Part shown: piece by piece, positions 1-9,846 of the stretch | How the letters are laid out: each line of letters begins with the position of its first letter | How positions within the stretch are numbered: position 1 is the first letter of the stretch | Assembly (NCBI GenBank): GCA_965277405.1 | Contig: OZ255726.1 | Span: forward strand, 480,001-544,000 | Origin: Gammaproteobacteria bacterium | GTDB taxonomy: Bacteria; Pseudomonadota; Gammaproteobacteria; G965277405 | Length of the DNA: 64,000 nucleotides | Direction: 5' to 3' | Notes under the pieces: model-generated | Database searches by the model: none | Told to the model about the DNA's origin: nothing | The model's input: the letters and a program-made list of their open reading frames with translations, nothing else | Translations under genes and position numbers: made by a program

Positions 1-1
1 A

Positions 2-409
2 ACGGTGCGGGATCAATCATTCACTGATCGTGCGCCAAAGCTTGGAGGATTGATTGAGTTCTATCGTTCACCTGACCGTGTGATGTGGAGTCCGACTGGT
101 GTTAATGTTCCAGATTATCCAAAATTAGCTCAAATTTGGTGGCAGCAAATTGGCGATGTAAATTCAGGTGCATTTAGCCCACAACAAGCAATGGACCGTT
201 TGGCAGAAGAAATGGATACCACTATGGCGCGTATGGAAGTTGCTGATAAAGCGGCAAACGTTTACGGCGGTTGTGGTCCACGCTTAAATCCTAAAAAATC
301 AGCTGCTGACTGGGTGGGCAAAGGTGGTGCAAAACCAAAACTTGCGAATGAAAAACCACAAGGTGAAACTATCGCATATGAAGAACTGATACAACGCTGG
401 CAGCAATAA
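2..409 (+). CDS. ABC transporter substrate-binding protein, C-terminal part (GlpV-like, glycerol/sugar); begins upstream of window
   Basis: Frame is open from the window edge; WSPTGVNVPDYPKLAQIWWQ segment typical of this SBP family; directly upstream of two ABC ATPases and two permeases. Confidence 0.8.
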   Translation, partial: TVRDQSFTDRAPKLGGLIEFYRSPDRVMWSPTGVNVPDYPKLAQIWWQQIGDVNSGAFSPQQAMDRLAEEMDTTMARMEVADKAANVYGGCGPRLNPKKSAADWVGKGGAKPKLANEKPQGETIAYEELIQRWQQ

Positions 410-416
410 CACTGTA

Positions 417-448
417 TCCACGCGCGTACGCGCGCGTGGACTGTGTTT
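417..448 (+). terminator. GC-rich stem-loop after the SBP gene (terminator or mRNA stabiliser)
   Basis: TCCACGCGCG-TACG-CGCGCGTGGA, a perfect 10-bp stem followed by CTGTGTTT. Confidence 0.6.
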
Positions 449-540
449 GCTGGAGACTCAAAATCGTGCTATCAAGCCGTTGACGCGTAATGTTATACGC
501 GATTGTCGGTGTTAATTTTGCTGCTACTTGATGTATTATA

Positions 541-1605
541 ATGCTCGAACTACACCAAATATCTAAAACTGTTGGATTGCAGCCGCATATCTATCCAACC
601 AGCATCACTTTTGCCCGCGATGGTCTGAACATTCTGTTAGGCCCAACCAATGCTGGTAAGACAACCTTGATGAAAATTATTGCCGGGCTTGATTCAATAA
701 GCACAGGGAGAATTACCTTCGATGGCAAAACCATCCATACCCTGACTCCGCAACAACGCAACGTTAGCTTTGTCCATCAGCTTTTTATTAATTACCCGCA
801 TTTAACAACGTTTGAAAACATTGCCTCGCCATTGCGCGTGCAAAAATTGAGTTATGACGAAGTTTTTGACGCAGTCACTGCAGCTGCAAAAGTACTCCAA
901 ATAGACCATTTACTCGATAAATATCCGCACACACTGTCAGGCGGTCAGCAACAACGCGTGGCGTTGGCGCGTGCGGTAATTAAAAAAAGTGACATCGTAT
1001 TACTCGATGAACCATTAGCAAATCTCGACTACAAATTGCGTGAAGAATTGCGCGAACAGTTACCAACTATTTTTGCCAGTAGAGGGGCGGTGGTAATTTA
1101 TGCAACCTCTGACCCGAACGAAGCGTTGATTTTACAAGGTAGGACTGCGGCGATATACGACGGGCGCGCCATTCAGTTTGGGGCAACATCGTCTGTATAC
1201 CATCGTCCAAATAATTTAGCAGCTGCGCAGGTATTTTCTGATCCGCCCCTGAACACCCACCGAGTTGTCAAAAAAAACCAGACGATGCATTTTAATGAGA
1301 AAGTTTCATGGCAGCTCCAAGGTGACGAACTAGCGCTGCCAGATGGTGAATATACCCTAGGCATTCGCGCGCATGACGTGTATACCGAGCAGACGATGCC
1401 GCGGATGTTTGCGCTAGATGGCACGGTGATGGTGAGTGAAATAAGCGGTTCTGCAAGCACCGCGCGCATCGATATTGCTGATTCATTCTGGGTGACGCAG
1501 TCATCTGGTGTGCACGAGTACCCGCTGGGTGAGTCAAAAACATTCTATGCGGATTTACAGAAGTGCTATTATTTTAACGCAGACGGAAGCATCGGTCATG
1601 GCTAA
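541..1605 (+). CDS. Carbohydrate ABC transporter ATP-binding protein (GlpS-like)
   Basis: Walker A GPTNAGKT, LSGGQQQR signature, LLDEP. Confidence 0.9.
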   Translation: MLELHQISKTVGLQPHIYPTSITFARDGLNILLGPTNAGKTTLMKIIAGLDSISTGRITFDGKTIHTLTPQQRNVSFVHQLFINYPHLTTFENIASPLRVQKLSYDEVFDAVTAAAKVLQIDHLLDKYPHTLSGGQQQRVALARAVIKKSDIVLLDEPLANLDYKLREELREQLPTIFASRGAVVIYATSDPNEALILQGRTAAIYDGRAIQFGATSSVYHRPNNLAAAQVFSDPPLNTHRVVKKNQTMHFNEKVSWQLQGDELALPDGEYTLGIRAHDVYTEQTMPRMFALDGTVMVSEISGSASTARIDIADSFWVTQSSGVHEYPLGESKTFYADLQKCYYFNADGSIGHG

Positions 1606-2668
1606 TATTTCGTTACAAAATATCCGCCATAGCTACATAGATAATCCACAGCAGGATAGTGACTATGCATTGCGCAACATTGATATTGAATGGCAGGACG
1701 GTGGGGCATATGCATTGCTCGGACCATCTGGATGCGGCAAATCGACTGTATTAAATCTAATTTCAGGGTTAATTCAACCAAGCAACGGCAAGATTTTATT
1801 TAACGGTGAGGACGTAACCAATACAACACCAGAACTGCGGAACATTGCCCAAGTATTTCAGTTCCCTGTTATTTACGACACCATGACGGTTGCTGAAAAT
1901 TTAGCTTTTCCGTTAAAAAATCAAGGTCTCTCAAAAGCGCATATTGATGATCGGGTGGCATTGATTGCGCAGCTACTCGACATTGAGGATATTCTATTAA
2001 ATACAGCAAATAATGTATCTGCAGATAACAAACAGAAAATTTCTATGGGGCGCGGTTTGGTGCGTAAAGATGTCAATGTAATCATGTTTGATGAACCGCT
2101 TACAGTGATTGACCCGCATAAAAAATGGCAGTTGCGCTCGAAGCTGAAAGAACTCCATAAAAAAGTAAATATCACGATGATTTACGTCACCCATGACCAG
2201 ACAGAAGCATTGACATTTGCTGAGCAAGTCGTGGTAATGCAAACTGGTAAAATTATCCAGCAAGGCAGTCCTGATGAGTTATTCGAACAACCAAAACACA
2301 CGTTTGTTGGGCATTTTATTGGCTCACCAGGCATGAATTTTTTGCGTTGTCACGTGCGCCAAGGCAGCGCATTCCTGAATGGTTTTCCCATTGATATAGC
2401 ACCTGTCGAGCAGGGTATTCGCGATGGCGAATATCAACTCGGCATCCGCCCAGAGTTTGTGCAGGTTGTCGCCAATGGCATACCTGCACGGGTTGTCAAA
2501 TCAGTCGATATGGGGCGATACACCTTGGTTACAGCAATGATTGCTGAGCAAACCATCCACGCGGTGATTGCCGCTGGGGTTGCAATTACTGCAACCGCTA
2601 TTCAGCTAGCATTTGATGTTGAGAAAACCTTCATTTATAAAGACGACTGGATGGTGGCAACACAATGA
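1598..2668 (+). CDS. Carbohydrate ABC transporter ATP-binding protein (GlpT-like)
   Basis: GPSGCGKS and MFDEP; ATG at 1598 overlaps the previous stop. Confidence 0.9.
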   Translation: MANISLQNIRHSYIDNPQQDSDYALRNIDIEWQDGGAYALLGPSGCGKSTVLNLISGLIQPSNGKILFNGEDVTNTTPELRNIAQVFQFPVIYDTMTVAENLAFPLKNQGLSKAHIDDRVALIAQLLDIEDILLNTANNVSADNKQKISMGRGLVRKDVNVIMFDEPLTVIDPHKKWQLRSKLKELHKKVNITMIYVTHDQTEALTFAEQVVVMQTGKIIQQGSPDELFEQPKHTFVGHFIGSPGMNFLRCHVRQGSAFLNGFPIDIAPVEQGIRDGEYQLGIRPEFVQVVANGIPARVVKSVDMGRYTLVTAMIAEQTIHAVIAAGVAITATAIQLAFDVEKTFIYKDDWMVATQ

Positions 2669-3519
2669 AAGCAATCAACCATACAGCGTGGTGGTTGGTT
2701 ACCCCAGTCGTAGTCCTTGTTGCGTTTAACGCGTTAATTCCGCTGATGACAGTTGTGAATTACTCGTTGCAAGAAACATTTGGCAACAACGTGTTCTTTT
2801 GGCAGGGCTCTGATTGGTTTGAGCAAATTCTTCATTCACAACGCTTTCATGCTGCACTCGGGCGTCAGTTTTTATTTACCGGGTTAATTTTGGCTATAGA
2901 GGTGCCGCTTGGTGTGGCGATTGCATTGTCGATGCCGCGCTCAGGGTGGGGTGTTTCAGTATGCTTGGTACTGATGGCGTTGCCGTTATTGATTCCTTGG
3001 AATGTTGTCGGGGCTATGTGGAATATTTTTACTCTACCAGATATTGGGCTATTGGGGTATACCCTGAACTCAATAGGGATTAACTATAACATGACCCAAA
3101 GTGTATTCGCCGCTTGGGCAACGTTGATTATCATGGACGTCTGGCATTGGACTTCATTGGTAGTGCTGTTGACGTATGCGGGGTTGGTATCGATTCCAGA
3201 AGTATATTACCAGGCAGCAAAAATAGATGGCGCGAGCAGTTGGGCGGTATTTAGCTATATTCAATTGCCAAAAGTCAAGCATGTGTTGGTTATTGCGGTG
3301 CTGCTGCGTTTTATGGATTCGTTCATGATTTATACCGAACCATTTGTGCTAACTGGTGGTGGACCTGGAAATTCAACAACATTACTTTCAATAGATTTAG
3401 TAAAAATAGCGCTTGGTCAGTTTGACCTTGGACCAGCGGCGGCGATGTCGCTAGTATATTTCTTGATCACACTCCTTGTATCGTGGGTATTTTATACTGT
3501 AATGACTAAAAATGATTAA
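2665..3519 (+). CDS. Carbohydrate ABC permease (GlpP-like)
   Basis: Hydrophobic helices; EAA-like loop YQAAKIDGAS. Confidence 0.9.
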   Translation: MKAINHTAWWLVTPVVVLVAFNALIPLMTVVNYSLQETFGNNVFFWQGSDWFEQILHSQRFHAALGRQFLFTGLILAIEVPLGVAIALSMPRSGWGVSVCLVLMALPLLIPWNVVGAMWNIFTLPDIGLLGYTLNSIGINYNMTQSVFAAWATLIIMDVWHWTSLVVLLTYAGLVSIPEVYYQAAKIDGASSWAVFSYIQLPKVKHVLVIAVLLRFMDSFMIYTEPFVLTGGGPGNSTTLLSIDLVKIALGQFDLGPAAAMSLVYFLITLLVSWVFYTVMTKND

Positions 3520-3540
3520 ATTCTTTTCAATTCCAACAGC

Positions 3541-4347
3541 ATGATACGGATGCGTAAACGGCAGTTAGTTACTATTTGTTACATCGTGTTTTTGCTGTTG
3601 CCAATCTATTGGTTGATTGCGATGAGTTTTAAATCGACTAATGAGATTTTAGGCGGATTTTCATTGTTTCCACAAGAATGGACTCTAGCCAACTACAAGG
3701 TTATTTTCACAGATCCGACATGGTATGTTGGCTATTTTAACTCTATGAGTTATGTGGCTATCAACACGGTCATATCTGTGAGCGTTGCATTACCCGCAGC
3801 GTATGCGTTTTCGCGGTATCAATTCCTTGGTGATAAGCATTTATTCTTTTGGTTGTTGACCAACAGAATGGCGCCACCGGCGGTGTTTGCACTGCCGTTT
3901 TTTCAATTGTATTCATCGGTTGGATTATTTGACACCCACTTAGCTGTAGCGCTCGCGCATTGCTTGTTTAACATCCCTTTAGCAGTGTGGATTTTGGAGG
4001 GGTTTATGTCTTCCGTTCCCAAAGAACTCGATGAAATTGCCTACGTAGATGGGTATTCATTCCCGCGGTTTTTCTTTAAAATATTGTTGCCAAATGTCAA
4101 AGCAGGGGTTGGGGTTACAGCATTTTTTTGTTTTATGTTTTCGTGGGTAGAACTACTACTTGCCAAAACATTGACATCAGTCGACGCCAAGCCAATCGCA
4201 GCTATTATGACCAAAACAGCCTCTAGTGCTGGCTATGAACTTGGATTGTTGGCCGCAGCTGGCTGCTTAACTCTTATCCCAGGAGTAATTGTGATTTATT
4301 TTGTGCGGAATTATATCGCCCGTGGTTTTGCATTAGGAAGGGTGTAA
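3541..4347 (+). CDS. Carbohydrate ABC permease (GlpQ-like)
   Basis: EAA loop ELDEIAYVDGYS; multiple TM segments. Confidence 0.9.
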   Translation: MIRMRKRQLVTICYIVFLLLPIYWLIAMSFKSTNEILGGFSLFPQEWTLANYKVIFTDPTWYVGYFNSMSYVAINTVISVSVALPAAYAFSRYQFLGDKHLFFWLLTNRMAPPAVFALPFFQLYSSVGLFDTHLAVALAHCLFNIPLAVWILEGFMSSVPKELDEIAYVDGYSFPRFFFKILLPNVKAGVGVTAFFCFMFSWVELLLAKTLTSVDAKPIAAIMTKTASSAGYELGLLAAAGCLTLIPGVIVIYFVRNYIARGFALGRV

Positions 4348-4625
4348 TGTTGACATGGATGGCATGGACGTGGCCAGCAGCGTTGTTTTTTATATTCATC
4401 GGACTAGGTATCGTTATCATTGGTGTTAGCCATGTACTGTGGCCGAGTACAGGACCACGCAAAGGCGTGTTTTTTATCAAGACAACCCGCGGCGATAGAT
4501 TGTTTATTTCGTTGTTAGGCGGGTGTTGTATTATGCTCGGGTGGCTCGGCTGGTACGGTACGCCGCTGTGGGGAGGGTTGCTAATTGCAGTCGCGTGGCT
4601 GGTATTCGTATTTGTTAAGGTCTGA
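4347..4625 (+). CDS. Small membrane protein (DUF2160 / GlpU-like)
   Basis: WMAWTWP and TTRGDRLFISLLG motifs; translationally coupled to the permease. Confidence 0.8.
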   Translation: MLTWMAWTWPAALFFIFIGLGIVIIGVSHVLWPSTGPRKGVFFIKTTRGDRLFISLLGGCCIMLGWLGWYGTPLWGGLLIAVAWLVFVFVKV

Positions 4626-4660
4626 CTGCATCCAGTATTTTGTTCCCTGCCACAAAATTC

Positions 4661-5227
4661 TCAAGGTGAATTGCTAGACTTCCATTTAATGCTGCACCCT
4701 ATCGATGGAATTTGCGGCTGTGGTGGCGGCTTACCTGCTAACAGCGCATCGACTGCACCGCGGATGTCTGTACCGCTAACTTTGACTCCATTCCCTGGGC
4801 GCGAGCCATCAAACTGACCACGGTAGAACAGTGTATGCTGCGCATCGAAAACAAAAAAATCTGGGGTGCACGCGGCTGAATATGCTTTGGCAACGCTTTG
4901 TTGTTCATCAAACAAGTACTGATACACCAGTTGGTGCTCGTTGACTTCATCGATCATTTTTTCTGGGCTATCGGCTGGGTAGTTGGCAACATCGTTGGAG
5001 TTTATCCCAATGACGACCACTCCTTTTTGCTGCACATCAGCAGCAAATATGTTGATTTCACTACGCAGGTGTTTGACAAACGGGCAGTGATTGCTCAAAA
5101 ACATCACCACTAACGGACTGCCGCTATGCTCAATGAGGCTGACCTGCTTGCCAGAATGAGGGTTTGGTAACACAAAATTAGCTGCACGGCTGTGCAGCGC
5201 AACCATTGTCGACTCAACTGCTGCCAT
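4661..5227 (-). CDS. Thioredoxin-fold AhpC/TSA-like redoxin
   Basis: NHCPFV, ACTPDFFVFD and SIGCSIKW motifs. Confidence 0.85.
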   Translation of the reverse strand: MAAVESTMVALHSRAANFVLPNPHSGKQVSLIEHSGSPLVVMFLSNHCPFVKHLRSEINIFAADVQQKGVVVIGINSNDVANYPADSPEKMIDEVNEHQLVYQYLFDEQQSVAKAYSAACTPDFFVFDAQHTLFYRGQFDGSRPGNGVKVSGTDIRGAVDALLAGKPPPQPQIPSIGCSIKWKSSNSP

Positions 5228-5304
5228 GATGACCTCCGCGTGTTATAGTATCCGCAGCGGAAAACCATGGGTTTTTACCTAACTCTGCGGATGTCATTTA
5301 AAAT

Positions 5305-6657
5305 ATGCAGTGTACAACTTACCGAGCAACTATGGCTGCAAATTCGCTGGAAAACTGTCCCATTCACCGCTCAATAACTGATTGGTTTGGAGCATATCCA
5401 AGCCAACAACCGCTGCTAGTTGCTGTATCTGGCGGGATAGACTCGATGGTGCTGCTCGATGCTTTGCTACACCAAGCAAATGTAAAAATCCAAGCGCTGC
5501 ACTTTCACCACGGCAATGTATTCTCAAATAGCAATGACGCGATGCGTGCTTGCTGTGTGGCGCAATGTGCCCAGCGCGGCATTGAATGTAGTGTGGTCGA
5601 TTTGGATGTTACCACGCTAGGCAGCAAAGAAACTGCCGCCAGAAACGCACGCCGTCAGGCGCTTGCAACCTTGCTTGCAGCACAGCAATACGCGCTGTTG
5701 GCGCACCACAGCGACGACCAACTAGAAACATTGTTGTTGCGGCTCGGCCGCGGCACTGGAACCTTTGGAATGCAGGGCATACAGCCACGCAGTGCGATTG
5801 GTCGCGGTTGGATTGGCAGACCACTATTAGCAGTGACGAAGCAACACATCCACCAGTATGCAAGGGAACACGGCATCGAACACTATGAAGACCCCAGCAA
5901 CGCCGATGATGGTTTCGACCGTAATTATATACGCAAGCATATTGGACAACCTTTGCTGCAACGTTGGCCCAAGAGCAACCTAGCCGCACAGCAATGTGCC
6001 GCGCAAACACAGCAGTGGTTTGCCATCATCGATACCGTGATTGATAAGATGATGATGCCAGGCGCAGCCGCGATTAGCAGTGCTGCACTCGCGGCGTTTA
6101 GCAAAGTACAACAAGGGATGCTGTTGGCACAATGGTTTGCTAATACTGTTGCCCAGCAAGGGTTGTACCATCATATTCAGCGGCAGCAACGCCACAGCAT
6201 GATGGCAAGATATTCGAGCGTAGGCAGTGGTTTTAAAGAGCTATATGCATGGGATAATTGGCGACTATATCGCTATCAAGCTGCCGTGTATTGTGTTGTG
6301 TTGCCAGAGGTGCAACCAATCGAACATGGCAGGCATCGCCAGCAATTGGGGTGGGGAACCTTGCAAGTATCCACCAGCGCGTGGCAAATAATTACTGACT
6401 CTAATTATAGCATTCGCTATCGACAACACGGCGACTGCTGGGCGGATTCGCGTAAGCCAATCAACAAGAGGATGCAACAACATGTATTGCCGTGGATGCG
6501 CGCAGGCTGGCCAATTATCTGTAATCATCACCATGTCGTAGCAATTATTGGGCTGCCGACCAAGCTGCAATCAAACACTCTACACCTAAGCAACAAACTT
6601 GAGAAAGTGCTTGCTGATATCAGCTGGGACACCAATACTAACATTGCCAATGCCTAA
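5305..6657 (+). CDS. tilS: tRNA(Ile)-lysidine synthetase
   Basis: PP-loop AVSGGIDSMVLL, AHHSDDQLET, EDPSN, RNYIR; exact start uncertain. Confidence 0.9.
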   Translation: MQCTTYRATMAANSLENCPIHRSITDWFGAYPSQQPLLVAVSGGIDSMVLLDALLHQANVKIQALHFHHGNVFSNSNDAMRACCVAQCAQRGIECSVVDLDVTTLGSKETAARNARRQALATLLAAQQYALLAHHSDDQLETLLLRLGRGTGTFGMQGIQPRSAIGRGWIGRPLLAVTKQHIHQYAREHGIEHYEDPSNADDGFDRNYIRKHIGQPLLQRWPKSNLAAQQCAAQTQQWFAIIDTVIDKMMMPGAAAISSAALAAFSKVQQGMLLAQWFANTVAQQGLYHHIQRQQRHSMMARYSSVGSGFKELYAWDNWRLYRYQAAVYCVVLPEVQPIEHGRHRQQLGWGTLQVSTSAWQIITDSNYSIRYRQHGDCWADSRKPINKRMQQHVLPWMRAGWPIICNHHHVVAIIGLPTKLQSNTLHLSNKLEKVLADISWDTNTNIANA

Positions 6658-6713
6658 GGAAGCTCTGATTAAGTCCATGACGGGCGAGACGGAGAAAAAA
6701 CGCTGATGATAAC
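6658..6713 (-). mobile_element. MITE end fragment (IS5-family TIR)
   Basis: GGAAGCTCTGATTAAGTCCATGACGGGCGAGACGG is the reverse complement of the right end of the 25718-26012 MITE; preceded by CTAA. Confidence 0.85.
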
Positions 6714-6716
6714 GCT

Positions 6717-7667
6717 ATGATTTTAGTAACTGGTGCAACTGGATTTGTTGGTACAGCACTCATACAAACGCTGATACAGCTTGAATACGGGCAGTTGAAG
6801 GCGGCAGTGCGCCAACATTGCCCCACGTTGCCTGCAACTGTGACACAAATAGCTGTTGCAGATATTGGCGCAGCAACCAACTGGTCGGCAGCATTAACAA
6901 ACGTTGATGTGGTTATCCATGTAGCCGGTCGAGCGCATCTTGTGCATGACCCAGCAACGAATCCTCTTGATGAGTTTTTGCGTGTTAATACAGATGCAAC
7001 CACCCATCTTGCTCAGCAAGCTGCGCTACGAAACATCACTAGATTTATATTTGTTAGCTCTGCAAAAGTGAATGGTGAAAATTCAAAGTTCGACCAACCA
7101 TTTAGGCACGATGATAAATTTACTCCTGTGGACCCATATGCCTATTCAAAGTATAAAGCCGAGCATGAATTGCTGCAACTTGCACAAGAAACTCCTATGG
7201 AAGTAGTGATTATTCGCCCGCCTTTGGTATACGGACCAAACGCGTTAGGAAACTTTGCAACACTAGTATCAGTAGTAAATAAAGGAATACCGTTGCCATT
7301 GGGTGCAATCCACAATAAACGATCACTCATTGCTCTTGACAACTTAGTAAGTTTTATCATTCATTGTATTGACCACACCAAAGCCACCAATCAAGTGTTT
7401 ATGGTGGCTGACGGTGAAGACGTTTCGACAACTGAGTTATTAAAAAAAGTGGCAAAAGCATTTAATCGCAGCATATATTTGCTGCCTATCCCCGTCGCTG
7501 TGATGCGATTGTTTGCCAAGGTTATCGGCAAGCAAGACGCAGGCAATCGCTTATTCGGTTCATTTCAAGTCGACAGCGATAGGGCAACTGTGCTCTTGGA
7601 TTGGCAGCCAGTAATCACCATGGATAAGCAGCTAAAAAAACTTGCTGATGCCAGCAGCCAGACATAA
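6717..7667 (+). CDS. NAD-dependent epimerase/dehydratase (extended SDR)
   Basis: ILVTGATGFVG; catalytic YxxxK as YAYSK. Confidence 0.9.
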   Translation: MILVTGATGFVGTALIQTLIQLEYGQLKAAVRQHCPTLPATVTQIAVADIGAATNWSAALTNVDVVIHVAGRAHLVHDPATNPLDEFLRVNTDATTHLAQQAALRNITRFIFVSSAKVNGENSKFDQPFRHDDKFTPVDPYAYSKYKAEHELLQLAQETPMEVVIIRPPLVYGPNALGNFATLVSVVNKGIPLPLGAIHNKRSLIALDNLVSFIIHCIDHTKATNQVFMVADGEDVSTTELLKKVAKAFNRSIYLLPIPVAVMRLFAKVIGKQDAGNRLFGSFQVDSDRATVLLDWQPVITMDKQLKKLADASSQT

Positions 7668-8062
7668 TCGCTGCATCAAGACAACCAGAGCTTAACTCCG
7701 TATGGCTGTAAGTGGCACAATACGCTCATACAACAACCCATCCACTTGGCGATAATGGCGGTTTTTTATAAACAGCAATATGATTGCATGTTTTGTGGAA
7801 AGTGCTTGTTGTCAGTGCACCATCTGGATGAAGTAACCTAGAATGATGTGCTGACCAATTTGGCGAATTGGATTAAAACTTACAGCGTCCGTATCATTGA
7901 TACATGATAATCAAATGTGCATCATGTATACAACGCATCTTGTTATAGTAAAGTTGTGTTTACGTAAAAGATTATGAATAATTAAATACGCAAACTAGAT
8001 GTAGCTACGGCGAGATACACTCCTTTACCTCACTCTATTAACGACTAAATAAGAGGATCATT

Positions 8063-8980
8063 ATGGTAATGATTACACAAAAATATCCATCTATGCAGGC
8101 ATTCCTGTTCACGACAATATTTAGCATATGCACGGCTTTAGCAAGTTGCTCGACTATCACGCAATCCACGCAATCGCAGCAGTCACTCAACATTAAAGAA
8201 AAAGCTATCGCTGTGCTCGATAGCCTAACCACGACCGATAGATCAGCGCTGCAATATATTGATGACGATAAATATATCCAGCACAACCCGAATGTTGCCA
8301 CAGGAAAACAAGGCTTAATTGATTTTTTAAATGCAATACCCCAGCATCCCAAACAAGAAACAAGCGATATAGTGCGTGTGTATGTGGATGGTAGCTACGT
8401 TTTTGCACATTCTAAATCAGATCAGCTTGGTGTAGTAGCGTTTGATATTTTTCGCTTTGAAAAAGGAAAAATTGTTGAACACTGGGACAATATTCAGCCA
8501 CTCCAATCGGTCGATAACCCTAGCGGTCATACCCAAACAGATGGTGCAACTACAATTTCAGAGACTGGGCTGACCAAAAAAAACAAAGCGTTAGTGCATG
8601 ACTTGATACAAGAGGTATTTATTCAAGGGAAAATATACAGAATCACTCGCTATCTCAGCAAGCGACAACTCATTCAACATAGCCCGAACATTAAAGATGG
8701 TATTGCTGGTCTTGCAAAGTTTTTGAATACCATAAAAACACGAGAAATAGGCTTGCAATACAAGAAATTTCATGCTGTGTTGGGTGAGCAAAATTTTGTA
8801 CTTGCAGTCCTTGAAGGAACGTTGTACCAAACCCCAACAGCTTTTTATAATCTGTTTCGTGTTCAAAAAGGAAAAATCGTCGAGCACTGGAGCACGTTAC
8901 AAGCGATTCCTCCAATACATCAACAAAAGAACACTAATGGTCTATTTGGTTTTCCGTCTTCGGCTATGTCTATTCAATAA
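8063..8980 (+). CDS. Tandem SnoaL/NTF2-like domain protein, probable lipoprotein
   Basis: Two repeats of (Y/L)IQHxP...FRxxxGKIVEHW; lipobox-like LASC. Confidence 0.75.
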   Translation: MVMITQKYPSMQAFLFTTIFSICTALASCSTITQSTQSQQSLNIKEKAIAVLDSLTTTDRSALQYIDDDKYIQHNPNVATGKQGLIDFLNAIPQHPKQETSDIVRVYVDGSYVFAHSKSDQLGVVAFDIFRFEKGKIVEHWDNIQPLQSVDNPSGHTQTDGATTISETGLTKKNKALVHDLIQEVFIQGKIYRITRYLSKRQLIQHSPNIKDGIAGLAKFLNTIKTREIGLQYKKFHAVLGEQNFVLAVLEGTLYQTPTAFYNLFRVQKGKIVEHWSTLQAIPPIHQQKNTNGLFGFPSSAMSIQ

Positions 8981-9079
8981 GCCACTTTTAGCTAAAAGCG
9001 GCTACATACCATATGTTGCGTGTTTGCCACATGGAGTTGTTACACCACGACATTATTTTTTATATTTTGAACGGATAAT

Positions 9080-9838
9080 ATGGCTGATATACGTACATAT
9101 ATAGAACTCACTGTGTGCGCAGCTGCACAACTCACAGCAAACATGCGAAGGATAACATTGCATGGTACAGAGCTTGCCGATTTTCCAAACAATACAGTTG
9201 GGGCATATTGCAAGTTGGTCTTTTATCCCAACGGGACTCACCAACCAGTGCTGCGTACCTACACAATCGCACAATTTCGCCGCCAGCAATGCGAAATAGA
9301 CATTGATTTTATGCTGCATGCCCATACAAATTCTACCTGCACAGGAATTGCTGCCCCTTGGTCGATGCAGGCAAGTGTTGGCGATACTATTTCGATTTCT
9401 AGGCCTAGGTCAGCAACGTTTATTCATATGGCAGCAGATTGGTTTTTGCTTGCCGCAGATATGACAGCACTGCCTGCATTAACGGCAAATATATCGCGAT
9501 TACCAACACATGCCACAGGCAATATTGTGATAGAAATATTATCTGCGCAAGATAAACAGCAATTAGTTATACCTGATAATATCAACTTAAACTGGGTTGT
9601 GAACCCGCATCCAGGATCAAATAAATCCCCGTTGTACCATGCAATTCAACAGCTGCAATGGCGGCATGGACAACCCGCTATCTGGGTAGCATGTGAGTTT
9701 TCGACAATGAGAAAAATTCGCCAATTCCTCAAACAACAACAAAACATCAACAAGCAATGTGTATATATTTCAAGTTATTGGAAGCAAGGGCTAGCTGAAG
9801 AGGAACATAAAGTAATCAAACGCGCAGATGCACGCTAG
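9080..9838 (+). CDS. Siderophore-interacting protein (ViuB-like FAD reductase)
   Basis: RTYT, DIDFMLH, ADMTALPA, WVACE and SSYWK motifs. Confidence 0.85.
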   Translation: MADIRTYIELTVCAAAQLTANMRRITLHGTELADFPNNTVGAYCKLVFYPNGTHQPVLRTYTIAQFRRQQCEIDIDFMLHAHTNSTCTGIAAPWSMQASVGDTISISRPRSATFIHMAADWFLLAADMTALPALTANISRLPTHATGNIVIEILSAQDKQQLVIPDNINLNWVVNPHPGSNKSPLYHAIQQLQWRHGQPAIWVACEFSTMRKIRQFLKQQQNINKQCVYISSYWKQGLAEEEHKVIKRADAR

Positions 9839-9846
9839 ATAATGCG

